A stretch of 64,000 bases of DNA from Gammaproteobacteria bacterium (GCA_027018875.1 JALUYA010000032.1:26567-90566), one strand, 5' to 3'; positions 42,162-52,735 are shown, numbered from the stretch's first letter. The notes: generated by a model not told the origin, from the sequence alone. Program-made: numbers and translations.

Positions 42162-44119
42162 AGACTCAAAATGGAATTGAACAGTTGCGCGGCAATACCG
42201 ATGGACTTGGCCGCCGCCTGAAACGCCTGCTGGTAACGCAACATATCGGCCGCTTCCTGGTTCAGGTTGACGCCGGAAATGCTTTGCTGCGCCTGCTGCG
42301 CCTGGTTCAAGGTCGCCTGCTCGGCGTTCGCGGCCAATTTGGCCTGTTGCCCGGCATTGCCCACCATGCCGGTGAGATTGGCATAGGCCTGGCTGAAGCT
42401 CTCGCTGCCGTTTCCCAGGGTTTGTGCCTGGGCCAGGGCACCCATCGCCAGGGCATTGCGATTATCCCCGGATCCGGCCGGTTGCAATACAAAACTATCC
42501 AGGGTTTTCGGCGCGCTACCCGAGAGGGTTACCTGCCAGTAATGTCCCGCCGGTGCCGGGGGCGAAGGATAGGCCACTGCCAGGGTCGCACCCGAACTAT
42601 AGCTCCCGCTGGCGACCACGCCGCTCGCATCGGAAACCTGGTAGCTGCCGGGTGCCGTGAACTGTAACGTTAACGTCTGGCCGAACTCGGCGGCTGGAAG
42701 CACGGTGGCACCGACGGCGGGCGAAGTCACCACCTGCCCCGGTGAAATCGTCACGTTCCCGGTATTGGTATTGCTCAAGCTCCCGTTCACCAGGCGGCCC
42801 GGACTGGCAACATAGGGCAGAGCGGCGGCCACGGTATTGGGATCCGCCAGCACGGCCTGGATGCCGGTGGCGGCACCGGCCGTGGGTTTTAGCAGGAACC
42901 GGTCACCGTTGGCGGGAGTCCCGCTCACGGTGACGCTCAAGCCGTCGAAGCTCAGCGTGTTGCCGCTCACGGTTGGGCTCACACTCTGCCGGCCCGGCCA
43001 GGTCTGTACTGTCCAGTTTCCGCCCTGGTATTGCAGCTCGTAATTCGCGCCGGTGATTTTTGTGCTATCGGCAAGGGTCGCGGTCAGAATGGCACTGCCG
43101 GTGTTATTGTCGGCGGCGCCGACCTGCGGCGCCGGCACGGCAAACAGAGGCGGCCCGGAGATCCCATTCAGGTCGATACCCAGACTCTGCTGGCGGTTGA
43201 GGTCGGCGCCGACGGCCACGGCGATTTGCCCCAGCGAATTTTGCGCCTGGGCGATGGTGTCCCGGGCGGCGAACAGGCCGCCGAGGGTGCCTCCGGAAAT
43301 GCCGTTCGAGACCACCGCGCCGGAAGGCGCGTAAACCACATCGAGATTTTGCCCGTCCAGGTCGTTGGGCCGGGTCGCCAACTGAAATGCCTTGGAACCG
43401 GCCACCAACGCCTGCCCATTGGCCGTAAACACGCTGTAGCTACCTTGAGATTGCTGCAGCACCGATACCCCGACGAGTTGATTAAGCTGGGTGATCAGGT
43501 GGTCGCGCTGATCCAGCAGGCCGTTGGGCTGCGACGCCCCGGAAGGCTGGCTCGCCCCGCCGATTTCCACGTTCAGCCGGGCGATCTGGGCGGTCAGGGT
43601 ATTCACTTGATCCACGCTACCCGTGATCTGGTCATTGATATTCCGGCGCAGGGAGCGGATGGCCCCGCCGATGGCATTGAAGCGATTGGCCAGCGTGGCT
43701 GCCGCCGACACCACCGCCTGGCGTTCGGTGGCCCCGGAGGGATTACCGGCCAGGTTGCGCAGCGCCTGAAAAAACCCGGACAGGGCGGGAGTCAGATTGA
43801 CCCCGGAAGTTGACAGTATATTGTTCAACTGCGCCATCGAGGTCTGGCGCTGCGCCGCCGCCGCCGATCCCGCCGTCGCCTGCCACAGGCGGGTTTGCGC
43901 AAACTGACTGAAGTTTCGCGTGATCGCGGTAACTTCTACCCCCGAGCCCTGGATAACGCCCGTCTGCCCGTAAGGGACCTGCGGCGCCTGGATCACCGTC
44001 TCGCGGCTATAGCCGGGGCTGTTCGCATTGGCGATATTGTTGCCGGTCGCGGCCAGTCCGGCCCGCGCCGCATCCAATGCCGAGAGGGCGATTCGCGACA
44101 AGGAACTGATGGAACTCAT
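42158..44119 (-). CDS. flgK: Hook-associated protein 1
   Basis: GNNIANANSPGYSR, LLDQRD, SGVNLNQEAADM. Confidence 0.95.
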   Translation of the reverse strand: MSSISSLSRIALSALDAARAGLAATGNNIANANSPGYSRETVIQAPQVPYGQTGVIQGSGVEVTAITRNFSQFAQTRLWQATAGSAAAAQRQTSMAQLNNILSTSGVNLTPALSGFFQALRNLAGNPSGATERQAVVSAAATLANRFNAIGGAIRSLRRNINDQITGSVDQVNTLTAQIARLNVEIGGASQPSGASQPNGLLDQRDHLITQLNQLVGVSVLQQSQGSYSVFTANGQALVAGSKAFQLATRPNDLDGQNLDVVYAPSGAVVSNGISGGTLGGLFAARDTIAQAQNSLGQIAVAVGADLNRQQSLGIDLNGISGPPLFAVPAPQVGAADNNTGSAILTATLADSTKITGANYELQYQGGNWTVQTWPGRQSVSPTVSGNTLSFDGLSVTVSGTPANGDRFLLKPTAGAATGIQAVLADPNTVAAALPYVASPGRLVNGSLSNTNTGNVTISPGQVVTSPAVGATVLPAAEFGQTLTLQFTAPGSYQVSDASGVVASGSYSSGATLAVAYPSPPAPAGHYWQVTLSGSAPKTLDSFVLQPAGSGDNRNALAMGALAQAQTLGNGSESFSQAYANLTGMVGNAGQQAKLAANAEQATLNQAQQAQQSISGVNLNQEAADMLRYQQAFQAAAKSIGIAAQLFNSILSL

Positions 44120-44125
44120 CGCCGC

Positions 44126-44494
44126 CTACCCCTTGGCCAGGGTCGATCCGGCGGCCGGGGTCGCCCCATACACCGGCAAGCGACTCCGCCGGGCCAATGT
44201 CCGCTGGAGCCCCGCCAAGCGTTCATTCACCATTTCAAGGTTCCGCCGATTGGCCCGATACAGCTCGCGCGCCCGGCGCTCGAGTTCGACCGGGACCCGG
44301 GCCGCGCCGGGCGGCGCCTCCGCCACCCGGCGCCGGCTTACGGCCTCCAGGCGCGCCAACAGTTCGGCCCGGCGGGCAATAAACGGGGAAGCCTGCATCG
44401 CGTTTTCCCTGGCGAGCCAGGCGCTTTCCGCGTCCAGTAATTCGATCAGCGCCTCGATCAGGGCCGACTCCCGGGCGATCTCTGCGGCGGCCAT
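44126..44494 (-). CDS. FlgN-like export chaperone (copy 1)
   Basis: LLDAE..L, helical, ANRRNL, C-terminal VYG; immediately upstream of flgK. Confidence 0.6.
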   Translation of the reverse strand: MAAAEIARESALIEALIELLDAESAWLARENAMQASPFIARRAELLARLEAVSRRRVAEAPPGAARVPVELERRARELYRANRRNLEMVNERLAGLQRTLARRSRLPVYGATPAAGSTLAKG

Positions 44495-44504
44495 CTCTGC
44501 TCCC

Positions 44505-45470
44505 CTATCTCAACAAGTCAGTTAACGACACGGCGGGAAGAGACTTGAAAACCTCTCGTGCGCCCTCCAGCGCGGCCCGCATCAACGGACCCGAGGCAAT
44601 ACTTTCAAGCTTGGCCGCATAATCGGGGTCCGTGGCATAGCCCGCCCGCATCAGCCGTTCGCCCCAGCCCCGGGGCGAGATCGGCGCCTGCTCGCCCGGC
44701 GCCCCGAGCCGCGGCCGTACCAAGTTCACGAAATCCATAACCCCCGCCCGAATATCGGGATAAACGCGAAACTCCGCCCTGGTGGAGTAAAACCCACCGG
44801 GCGCATATTCCCGGGTGGAATCGTCGGCCGTCGGGCCGCGCCAATCCGCTCCCGCCTTGACGCCGAACAGGTTGTGGCTGGCCGCGCCCGCCGCGCCCCG
44901 GGGCTGGTGCCGGCCCCAACCCGTCTCCAGCGCGGCCTGGGCCAGCAGTGCCACCGGCGAGGCATTCAGAGCGGCCGCGGCGCGCTTCACCTCCGGAAGA
45001 ATACGGTGAATGAAATCGCGGGCCTGGAGCCTCGAGGCCGCTGCCGGAGCGGCAACCGTCCTTGCCGTTGCCGAGGGGGCGCTACGAGTCGGAATATTTT
45101 CCCCGTATCCGCCGCGAGGGATCGGCCCGGGATCCGCGGCCCACGGTTCCGCACCCCGCCCTGCAAGGATGCCGGTGGGTGATTTCCCCCCCAACTGTTG
45201 CTCCAGCAACCGGGCGATACCGAACGGATCCCGCGACGCGATGCGGCGGGAAAATTGCCCATTGAGCAGACCACGATACACCGAGCCGCCCGCCCCATCG
45301 GTCCCGGTGGGGCCGAAATGAACCGCTTGCATATCCTGCATCAAACGGTCTATCAGCAGGGCCTCGAAATTTTCGGCGGCGCGCCGCAGCGCCCCGGCCC
45401 GCGCGGCGGCGGGCCGGGGCGCTCGCGCCGTCCCCAGGCGAATATTCACCGCGCTCGCCGGCACCATCAC
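44505..45470 (-). CDS. flgJ: Rod-cap / peptidoglycan hydrolase FlgJ
   Basis: AAENFEALL, AQAALETGWG, HNLFGVKA, GYATDP. Confidence 0.92.
   Translation of the reverse strand: MMVPASAVNIRLGTARAPRPAAARAGALRRAAENFEALLIDRLMQDMQAVHFGPTGTDGAGGSVYRGLLNGQFSRRIASRDPFGIARLLEQQLGGKSPTGILAGRGAEPWAADPGPIPRGGYGENIPTRSAPSATARTVAAPAAASRLQARDFIHRILPEVKRAAAALNASPVALLAQAALETGWGRHQPRGAAGAASHNLFGVKAGADWRGPTADDSTREYAPGGFYSTRAEFRVYPDIRAGVMDFVNLVRPRLGAPGEQAPISPRGWGERLMRAGYATDPDYAAKLESIASGPLMRAALEGAREVFKSLPAVSLTDLLR
44522..44548 (-). promoter_or_regulatory. Putative sigma28 promoter for flgN-like/flgK/flgL, inside the flgJ 3' end
   Basis: TCAA-gtctcttcccgccgt(15)-GTCGTTAA. Confidence 0.6.
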
Positions 45471-46579
45471 ATGACCTGCAGCTTGCCATGCAGGGCGCCC
45501 GCCTGCTTCATGGCCTGCAAAATGGCCACCAGATCGGAAGGCGTCGCGCCAACCGCATTCAGGGCCCGGACCACGGCGCCGAGCGTGGTTCCGGCACGGA
45601 ACAGGAGCACGTGCGCCCGCTTTTCGCCGGCCCTCACCCGAGTCTGGCGCGTGGTGACCGTCCGCCCCCGGGAAAACGGCGACGGCTGGCTGACCGTCGA
45701 AGTCCGGGTAACGGTGACGGTGAGATTGCCATGCGCCACCGCCACCGGGCCGATCCGCACATCGGCGCCGAGAACCACGGTTCCATTGCGCGGATTGATG
45801 ATAACGAGCGCGGGAGGGCGCCCCGGGCGAATCTCGAGTGCCTGGATATTGGCCATAAACCCGACCCGGGCGCTCGGATTACCCGGCATGCGTACCCGCA
45901 CCACCCCGGCATTTTCGGCTACCGCCGTACCCGGCCCCCAAACCGTATTGATCACTTGTTGAATGCGGTTGGCGGTGGCGAAATCCGGTCGGTCAAGCAG
46001 CAGGTTCAGCGCCGCGGCCCGGTCGAAGTCGGTATCGCGCACCGCGCGCTCTACCGTGGCTCCGTTGGGAATCAAACCGGAGGCCAGGCTGTTGACCCGA
46101 GTCGTCGCACCGCCGGCCGAGGCCCCATACCCGCTGACGATCAACGACCCTTGGGCGGCCGCATAGACCTTGCCGTCGGCCCCGTGCAACAAGGTCAACA
46201 ACAACGTGCCCCCGCGCAGGCTCTTGGCATTGCCCAGCGAAGAAACCGTAACGCCTATGGTTTGCCCCGGCCTGGCGAAGGGGGGCAACTCGGCGGTCAC
46301 CATGACCGCGGCCACATTTTTCAACTGCAACGTCCCCTGGTTGGCCGGGGGCACAATGCCGAAGCGCTTGAGCATGTTAGCGATCATCTGGGTGGTGAAC
46401 GGCGTCTGGGTGGTCTGGTCTCCCGTCCCGTCCAGCCCGACCACCAGGCCGTAGCCGATCAACTGGTTCTCGCGCACACCCTGTACCGTCACCAGGTTCC
46501 GTATCCGTTCGCCATGCGCCAGCAGCGGCGCCAGCAAGCCGAGCGCCAAAATTAATATCCCCATGCGTTTGCCATTCAT
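45467..46579 (-). CDS. flgI: P-ring protein
   Basis: GVRENQLIGYGLVVGLDGTGD, SLRGGTL. Confidence 0.97.
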   Translation of the reverse strand: MNGKRMGILILALGLLAPLLAHGERIRNLVTVQGVRENQLIGYGLVVGLDGTGDQTTQTPFTTQMIANMLKRFGIVPPANQGTLQLKNVAAVMVTAELPPFARPGQTIGVTVSSLGNAKSLRGGTLLLTLLHGADGKVYAAAQGSLIVSGYGASAGGATTRVNSLASGLIPNGATVERAVRDTDFDRAAALNLLLDRPDFATANRIQQVINTVWGPGTAVAENAGVVRVRMPGNPSARVGFMANIQALEIRPGRPPALVIINPRNGTVVLGADVRIGPVAVAHGNLTVTVTRTSTVSQPSPFSRGRTVTTRQTRVRAGEKRAHVLLFRAGTTLGAVVRALNAVGATPSDLVAILQAMKQAGALHGKLQVM

Positions 46580-46592
46580 CCGTTCGCCCTCC

Positions 46593-47255
46593 TCAGAACG
46601 GCCAAAGCATCAGCAGCAGGCGTTGCAGCCAACCCATGCGCTGGGCGTCCTGCATCGCGCCCGAGCCGGTGTAGCGGATCGTCTCGTCGGCGATCTGGCT
46701 GGAATAGACCGTATTGTTCGGCCCGATGGATGCCGGGCGCACAATCCCCGAAAGACGAATAATCTCCGGCCCCTGGTCGAGAACCACCTTCTTGCGTCCG
46801 GAGATCACGAGGTTTCCGCCGGGCAACACATGCGTAACAAGCGCCGTGAGCGTGGTGGTAAAACTGTTCTTCTGCGCGGCCTGCCCCCCGCCGCTGAACT
46901 TGGTCGCGGCACCCGCCTTGAGGTTGAAACCACCCGGATTCACGCTATTGAACAGGGCCGTGGCCGAATTATCCACGCTTCCCTGCCGATCCACCTTGGT
47001 GGCGGCCTGTTTGCTTGCGACCGCCTGCTCATTGATCAGCACGGTAATCACGTCGCCGACGCGCCGGGCGCGCACATCGGTAAACAGGCCCCGCACATCG
47101 TTCGTGGCGAAAATCGCCCCCGCGCTGTGCCGGCTCGGCGGCGGGGCCACGTCCGCCGTCGACCACCAGGGTTTGACCGGCGTCGCGGCGCATCCGCCAA
47201 GGAGCACCAGCCCGGCCAACAATGTCCCCCACCCGGCGTGTTGGTTCATGTCCAT
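46593..47255 (-). CDS. flgH: L-ring lipoprotein
   Basis: Lipobox LGGC, VGDVITV, SGIVRP, GWLQR. Confidence 0.95.
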   Translation of the reverse strand: MDMNQHAGWGTLLAGLVLLGGCAATPVKPWWSTADVAPPPSRHSAGAIFATNDVRGLFTDVRARRVGDVITVLINEQAVASKQAATKVDRQGSVDNSATALFNSVNPGGFNLKAGAATKFSGGGQAAQKNSFTTTLTALVTHVLPGGNLVISGRKKVVLDQGPEIIRLSGIVRPASIGPNNTVYSSQIADETIRYTGSGAMQDAQRMGWLQRLLLMLWPF

Positions 47256-47270
47256 GGTTCTCCGGCGGCC

Positions 47271-48056
47271 TCAGAGGGTGTTGTTGGCGTACTGCATCAT
47301 CTGATTCGATGCCTGCACCATCTTCGAGTTGACTTCATAGGCCCGCTGGGTGGCGATCATGCTGACCAACGCCTGGACCACATTGACGTTGGAGGTTTCG
47401 AGAAAGCCCTGGCGCAGGGTACCGACTCCATTGACGCCGGGCTGGCCGGTGGTGGGCGGCCCGGAGGCGGTCGTCTCGAGATACTGGTTGTCGCCACTGG
47501 CCTGCAACCCCGCCGGGTTGACGAAGGTGGCCAGCTGCAGGTTACCGACTTGCTGCGCCTGCGCCTGTCCCGGCAGAGTAACCGAGACCGTGCCGTCGGC
47601 GGCAATGGTGACCGAGGTGGCTCCCTGGGGAATGGTGATCGCGGGCTGTAGCGGGTATCCCTCCGGGGTCACCAGCTGGCCCTGGTTATTCAGCTCCAAG
47701 TTGCCGGCGCGGGTATAGGCCAGGGTGCCGTTGGGAAGCAGCACCTGCAGGAAGCCGTTGCCGTTGATCGCCACATCGAGGGGGTTGTTGGTTTGGGTAA
47801 GATTGCCTTCGCTGAACAACCGCTCGGTGGCCACGGTGCGCACGCCGGTACCGATCTCAAGCCCCGAGGGCAGCTCGGTCTGCTGCGAGGACTGGGCCCC
47901 GGCCTGGCGCAGGTTCTGATACAGAAGATCGGCAAACACCGCGCGCTCGCGTTTATAGCCGGTCGTGTTGACATTGGCGATATTGTTGGCGATGACATCC
48001 ATGCGGGTCTGTTGCGCGTTAAGCCCCGTCTTGGCGATCCATAGTGATCTGATCAT
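47271..48056 (-). CDS. flgG: Distal rod protein
   Basis: [27 protein letters not shown]. Confidence 0.97.
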   Translation of the reverse strand: MIRSLWIAKTGLNAQQTRMDVIANNIANVNTTGYKRERAVFADLLYQNLRQAGAQSSQQTELPSGLEIGTGVRTVATERLFSEGNLTQTNNPLDVAINGNGFLQVLLPNGTLAYTRAGNLELNNQGQLVTPEGYPLQPAITIPQGATSVTIAADGTVSVTLPGQAQAQQVGNLQLATFVNPAGLQASGDNQYLETTASGPPTTGQPGVNGVGTLRQGFLETSNVNVVQALVSMIATQRAYEVNSKMVQASNQMMQYANNTL

Positions 48057-48074
48057 GATTTTCTTCCCCGCGGT

Positions 48075-48809
48075 CTATATCTGCAAAATTCTCGCCGCCA
48101 CCTGAGCATTATCGGCGCTCGTGCGGGCCAGGCGAATCTGGGTTTCAAAGGATCTGGAATCCTGAATTAAATTGAGCAAGGCATTGATGGTGTTGACATT
48201 ACTCCCTTCCAGTGCCCGGGGTTCCAGGCGCACGTCGGCCGCGCCGACCAGTGGCAGACGCGAACGAAACAGACCGTCCGCCCCCCGCAAAAGATTCTTC
48301 GCCGCTGGATTCACCAGCAGAATCCGGCCCAGCGTGACCGGCGCGTTGGGTTGCGAGCCCAGGGGAACCCCGGAAACCGTGCCGTCGGCCCCGATCACCA
48401 GCGAACTCATGGGCGGCACGGAGATCGGGCGGCGATTGCCTCCCAGCAGCGGATGGCCGGTGGCCGTTTCCAACAATCCGGTGGCGCCGACGGCAAGATT
48501 TCCATCGCGGGTCAGGGCGGGTCGGCCGTCCGGTGCCCGCACCACGATCCAACCCGGCCCGTTGATCGCCACATCGAGCGCCCGTCCGGTGCGGGTGATC
48601 GGCCCCACCGTGAGCTTGGCCCCCGCCGTCTGCGTCACGGCGTAAACCCGCGTCGGCAAGCCGCCGCCCACAACCGGGAGGGCTCTCGCGGCGGCCTCGG
48701 CGGCCCGGTACCCGGTGGTATTGGCGTTGGCCAGATTGTTGGCCGTCACCGCCTGGCGGCTAAGGGCGGCATTCGCCCCGCTCATCGCCACCCAAAGATA
48801 CGCATCCAT
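48075..48809 (-). CDS. flgF: Proximal rod protein
   Basis: ANNLANANTTG, TGRALDVA, LEGSNV. Confidence 0.93.
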   Translation of the reverse strand: MDAYLWVAMSGANAALSRQAVTANNLANANTTGYRAAEAAARALPVVGGGLPTRVYAVTQTAGAKLTVGPITRTGRALDVAINGPGWIVVRAPDGRPALTRDGNLAVGATGLLETATGHPLLGGNRRPISVPPMSSLVIGADGTVSGVPLGSQPNAPVTLGRILLVNPAAKNLLRGADGLFRSRLPLVGAADVRLEPRALEGSNVNTINALLNLIQDSRSFETQIRLARTSADNAQVAARILQI

Positions 48810-48817
48810 GGCGGGCC

Positions 48818-50071
48818 TCAGCTCAGGCTCAGGATCGTCTGCAGAATCTGGTTCTCGGTCTTGATCGTCTTGGCGTTGGCCTGATAGGTCTGCTGCGCGG
48901 TGATCAGGTTCACCAGCGACTGGGTCAGGTCCACGTTCGAACTTTCCGTCGCCGAGGCCTTGATGGTGCCCAAGGCGCCCGCACCCGGAGTGCCGAGAAG
49001 CGGTGGCCCGGAATCGATGGAGGCCCCGAACAAGTTGTTACCCAGGGGGATCAACCCGGTCAGGCTGCGGAAATTCGCGAGCGCGACCTGCCCCAGGGTC
49101 TTGGACTGGCCGTTGCTGTAGTTCCCCTGCACGGTGCCGTCGGTACCGATACTAATGCCGCTCAGGGCGCCGGCCGCGTTGCCGTCGATGGCGAGATTGT
49201 TGACCGCGAACGGCTGGTCGAACAGGCGGCTGGAGGCGAAGTTCACCGCGATCGCCCCCGGCGTTGATCCATCGCCCCAGTTGATCGTCCCGGTGGAACC
49301 CGTGGTGGTTCCGGTGGGTTGGCCGCTACTGTTAAAAGTGAGTCCGCTGAGCAGGGTTCCACCGGAAGGCGTGTTGCCGCCGGTGCCATTATCCACCTGC
49401 CAGTTGACATTCCATTTATCGGGCGCGCCGGTACCGCCGCTGCCCTGCACCTTGGTGAAATACAGCGTGAGCAGGTGCGAAGTGCCGAGACTGTCATAGA
49501 CGGTCATCGAAGTCGAGTAGTTATAGCTGTTGGGATCGGCGGGGTTGAACGGATAAGTCGTGGTGTCAATGGCGCTCGCCGAGGCCTGCAGGTTGAGATT
49601 CGCGCCGACCTGGGCGGTCGCCTGCGGGGCGATCTGCCCGATCGGGATCTGCAAGGGTCCGAGGGCCCCGGAAACGACGCCGTTATTGGCCAGGTAGCCG
49701 CTCAACCGGGCGCCGTTGGCGTTGACGATATAGCCGTTGCTGTCGAGGTGAAACTGGCCATTGCGTGAATAGGCGACCCCCGTGCCCGTTACCAGGCGAA
49801 ACATGCCGCCGCCGTTGATCGCCAGGTAAAGCGGATTGGCGCTCGCCTGGATCGTCCCCTGGGCGAAATTCGGGTCGATGCCCGCCACCTGCACGCCCAA
49901 ACCGGCCTGGCTCCCGCCGCTGACCAGGCCGGAGGCCGCCGCAAACACATCGGCGAACAGCGTACTCGAGGACTTGAACCCCACCGTATTGGCATTGGCA
50001 ATATTATTGCCCAGGACCTGAAGATCCGTTGATGCGGCGTTCAATCCGCTCAATGCCGTTGAAAAACCCAT
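48818..50071 (-). CDS. flgE: Hook protein
   Basis: GNNIANANTVGFK, VYDSLG, ESSNVDL. Confidence 0.96.
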   Translation of the reverse strand: MGFSTALSGLNAASTDLQVLGNNIANANTVGFKSSSTLFADVFAAASGLVSGGSQAGLGVQVAGIDPNFAQGTIQASANPLYLAINGGGMFRLVTGTGVAYSRNGQFHLDSNGYIVNANGARLSGYLANNGVVSGALGPLQIPIGQIAPQATAQVGANLNLQASASAIDTTTYPFNPADPNSYNYSTSMTVYDSLGTSHLLTLYFTKVQGSGGTGAPDKWNVNWQVDNGTGGNTPSGGTLLSGLTFNSSGQPTGTTTGSTGTINWGDGSTPGAIAVNFASSRLFDQPFAVNNLAIDGNAAGALSGISIGTDGTVQGNYSNGQSKTLGQVALANFRSLTGLIPLGNNLFGASIDSGPPLLGTPGAGALGTIKASATESSNVDLTQSLVNLITAQQTYQANAKTIKTENQILQTILSLS

Positions 50072-50087
50072 AGCAATCTCCCCTGAA

Positions 50088-50801
50088 TTAGAAAATAGTC
50101 GTTACCCGGTCCAGCGGCATCGCTCCGGGACGGTCGGAAAATACCAGCGTTACCCCACCGTTCGGCATGAACTGGACACTGCCCACCCGAGCCAGGCTTA
50201 AGGGCTGCACCGCCAAAAGTTTTCCCGAGTCATCGAACGCCTGCACCGAGAAGGTGTAGGTGCCGGGCGGTTGACCGGATCCGGGCCACTGGAACCGATG
50301 TGTCCCCGCGGCAACCGCGCCCAGCGCCTCCCGGCCCACCACCACGCCCTTTGCGTTCTGAATCGTGACCTGCACCTTCTGCGCCGCCGCCGGCAGCACA
50401 TAGGCCCCCGCCGCGGGTGCGCCGCTGCCGAGCCCCAGGCTGTTGCCGGACACGCCCACGTAATGGCCGATGAGCGCGGTGGCCCGGAGCCGATCGCTCG
50501 TGTTCAGATCCGCCTTCAGCCCTCCCACCGTGGCACTCAGCGAGCGCATTCCGCTGGCCGTACTCAGCTGTGCCAGCTCACTCATGAATTGGGTCGAATT
50601 CATCGGTGCCAGCGGATCCTGGTGGGAAAGCTGCGCCGTCAGCAGTTGAAAGAAATGGCCGGTACTCAAAAAACCCTGTCCGGATGTCTCCACCCCGGAG
50701 GCGGGGGAGCCGGAAGCCGCCGCCGCGGGCCGCCCTGCGACCGCCGCCGTCATGATGCCGCGAGCCCAGGCCGTATTCAATAATCCTGCCAGTCCACTCA
50801 T
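50088..50801 (-). CDS. flgD: Hook-capping protein
   Basis: FFQLLTAQLSHQDPLAPM. Confidence 0.92.
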   Translation of the reverse strand: MSGLAGLLNTAWARGIMTAAVAGRPAAAASGSPASGVETSGQGFLSTGHFFQLLTAQLSHQDPLAPMNSTQFMSELAQLSTASGMRSLSATVGGLKADLNTSDRLRATALIGHYVGVSGNSLGLGSGAPAAGAYVLPAAAQKVQVTIQNAKGVVVGREALGAVAAGTHRFQWPGSGQPPGTYTFSVQAFDDSGKLLAVQPLSLARVGSVQFMPNGGVTLVFSDRPGAMPLDRVTTIF

Positions 50802-50816
50802 TAATATTTCTCCCGT

Positions 50817-51224
50817 TTACAAGGTCAAGGTCTTCAGGAACAAGGCCTTGGCCGCATTCATCACATTCGCATTGGCCTTGTAACTGCGCGAGGCCGCGAT
50901 CATATTGATCATTTCGTCCACCAGGTTGACGTTGGGATAGGTCACGTACCCCTTGGCATCCGCCAACGGGTTTCCCGGTTCATAGACCCGGCGCATGGGG
51001 GCCCGGCTCAGCGTTACCCCGGCGACCCGCACGCCCTCGGCCCCCGGCGCCGCATCCGGCCCCACCGGGGCGGCCTGAAACACCACCTCGCGGGCGCGAT
51101 AGGGTCGGCCGTTCGCGGAAGTCAGGCTATCGGCATTGGCCAGGTTGCTGGCCACCACCGAGAGGCGGTAAGTCTGGGCGCTCATGGCGGAACCGGCAAT
51201 AGAAAAAATACTTTCCAGGCCCAT
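50817..51224 (-). CDS. flgC: Rod protein
   Basis: [24 protein letters not shown]. Confidence 0.96.
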   Translation of the reverse strand: MGLESIFSIAGSAMSAQTYRLSVVASNLANADSLTSANGRPYRAREVVFQAAPVGPDAAPGAEGVRVAGVTLSRAPMRRVYEPGNPLADAKGYVTYPNVNLVDEMINMIAASRSYKANANVMNAAKALFLKTLTL

Positions 51225-51225
51225 A

Positions 51226-51633
51226 TCAGCTCCCCCGGATCGCCAGGCGCAGCGTTTTGATGCGCCCGATGAGAAAGGTCAGATCCGCCTCGTAGGCGAG
51301 TGCATTGGCGCTGAAACGCGCTTCCGCTTGCGCCAGGTCCACGTTATTCCCATCGATGCCCATGGCTTGCCCCGTGCGGTACCCCACGAACGCCGCCTCG
51401 GGGTTCGTCCCCAGGCCCGGCAACTGCCCGGGTTGGGTCCGCCGCAGCGCCAAAGTGCCTCCGCCACCGTTGCGCTCGGCGGCCAGCGTGCGGGCAAAAT
51501 CCAGATCCCGCGCCTTGTAGTTCGGCGTGTCCGCATTGGCGATATTGGCCGCCAACAGCCCTTGCCGGTAAGCACGTAGCTCCAGGGCCGGCGCCAACGG
51601 ACGAAATACCGCATCGAGCAGGGAAACCGTCAT
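51226..51633 (-). CDS. flgB: Rod protein
   Basis: [21 protein letters not shown]; start 51633 or 51648. Confidence 0.95.
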   Translation of the reverse strand: MTVSLLDAVFRPLAPALELRAYRQGLLAANIANADTPNYKARDLDFARTLAAERNGGGGTLALRRTQPGQLPGLGTNPEAAFVGYRTGQAMGIDGNNVDLAQAEARFSANALAYEADLTFLIGRIKTLRLAIRGS

Positions 51634-51664
51634 CCAGAATGCCTTCATTACCCACCCAAAGAAC

Positions 51665-51680
51665 AGCAAGATACATGCCA
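51665..51680 (-). promoter_or_regulatory. sigma54 promoter of the flgB operon
   Basis: TGGCATGTATCTTGCT, GG-N10-GC. Confidence 0.8.
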
Positions 51681-51823
51681 TAGCCACGAACCGCGGTTCC
51701 TCCCGCGGAGAGGGGATTTTCCGCCGAGCGGGCCCACCCCGACCCGGCATGAATTGGCCGCCGGCACGACCGGTTCTTGCCGCCCGACGGCACCGCGGCC
51801 CAGGAACCGACTCTCCCATGAAC

Positions 51824-51839
51824 CGGCACGGATCTTGCT
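51824..51839 (+). promoter_or_regulatory. sigma54 promoter of flgA
   Basis: CGGCACGGATCTTGCT, GG-N10-GC, 35 bp before the flgA ATG. Confidence 0.75.
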
Positions 51840-51874
51840 TCAATTTATCTGGATCACCCGAGTAGGAAATAAGC

Positions 51875-52603
51875 ATGCTCACGCAGCCGCACTCCAGGGC
51901 TCGTCCGGTCCGGATGATATTGGCGGCGCTTGCCGTCCTGGCCGCGGCACCCGCGGCCGCGGCCTTGCCCGCGGGCACGAATCAAAACCTCACCGCCCTG
52001 ACCCGGGCGGCCGCCCGCTGGCTGCGCCGGCAACCCCACCTGAAGGAGGGAAAACGCCGCATTCGCATTCAGCCACCGGATCCGCGGTTGAATCTTCCCC
52101 GTTGTTCCGGCCCGGAGTTCAGCCTGCTCAATCCCGCCGCAGCGGGGCCTCGCATCACCATCCGGGTGCGCTGCCCTCGCCCTGCCTGGCAACTGTTCTT
52201 GAACGCCCGGGTCACCACCTGGGTGCCGGTTGTGGTGGCTCGGCGGGCGCTGGGCGTGGGCATGCGGATCACTCGTGGCGACATCGAAGTGCTCGAACGC
52301 CCCCTGCGCACGCTGCCGCCGAGCCCGCTGTCCCGCCCGGCACAGGCCCTGGGGCGGATCATCCGCATCGGCCTGGCTCCCGGCATGGCCCTGGGCGCGG
52401 CGGCGCTCGCCTCGCCGCTGCTGATCCGCCCGGGCGAGCGGCTCAGGATCGTGGCCGCCGCGGATGGGTTGCGGGTGAGCATGGCCGGGATCGCCATGCA
52501 GGCGGGACGGCGCGGTGCACGCATTCTCGTCCGCAACGCCTCCAGCGGGCGGGTGCTGCGCGCCACCGTAACCGGTCCTCACCGGGTTCGGGTTGGATTT
52601 TGA
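51875..52603 (+). CDS. flgA: P-ring assembly chaperone
   Basis: Signal peptide, DPRLNLPRC, VRC, SAF domain, VRNASSGR. Confidence 0.9.
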   Translation: MLTQPHSRARPVRMILAALAVLAAAPAAAALPAGTNQNLTALTRAAARWLRRQPHLKEGKRRIRIQPPDPRLNLPRCSGPEFSLLNPAAAGPRITIRVRCPRPAWQLFLNARVTTWVPVVVARRALGVGMRITRGDIEVLERPLRTLPPSPLSRPAQALGRIIRIGLAPGMALGAAALASPLLIRPGERLRIVAAADGLRVSMAGIAMQAGRRGARILVRNASSGRVLRATVTGPHRVRVGF

Positions 52604-52682
52604 CCGCAACCGCATCCTCCCACCCGGATAGCGCTGGCACTTCGCCTCAACACCGCGTACACTGGTCTTGGCCTTCTTGACT

Positions 52683-52719
52683 CCCCTTCACGGTAACGAT
52701 TCAATTCACCCTGAAGGGG
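52683..52719 (+). terminator. Hairpin between flgA and the flgM promoter
   Basis: CCCCTTCA...TGAAGGGG inverted repeat; no U-tract. Confidence 0.35.
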
Positions 52720-52735
52720 GGATGGGAATGCCGGC

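Noticed and set aside
51761..51781. Third sigma54-like site CGGCACGACCGGTTCTTGC
   Set aside because: GG to GC spacing is 14 nt, not 10
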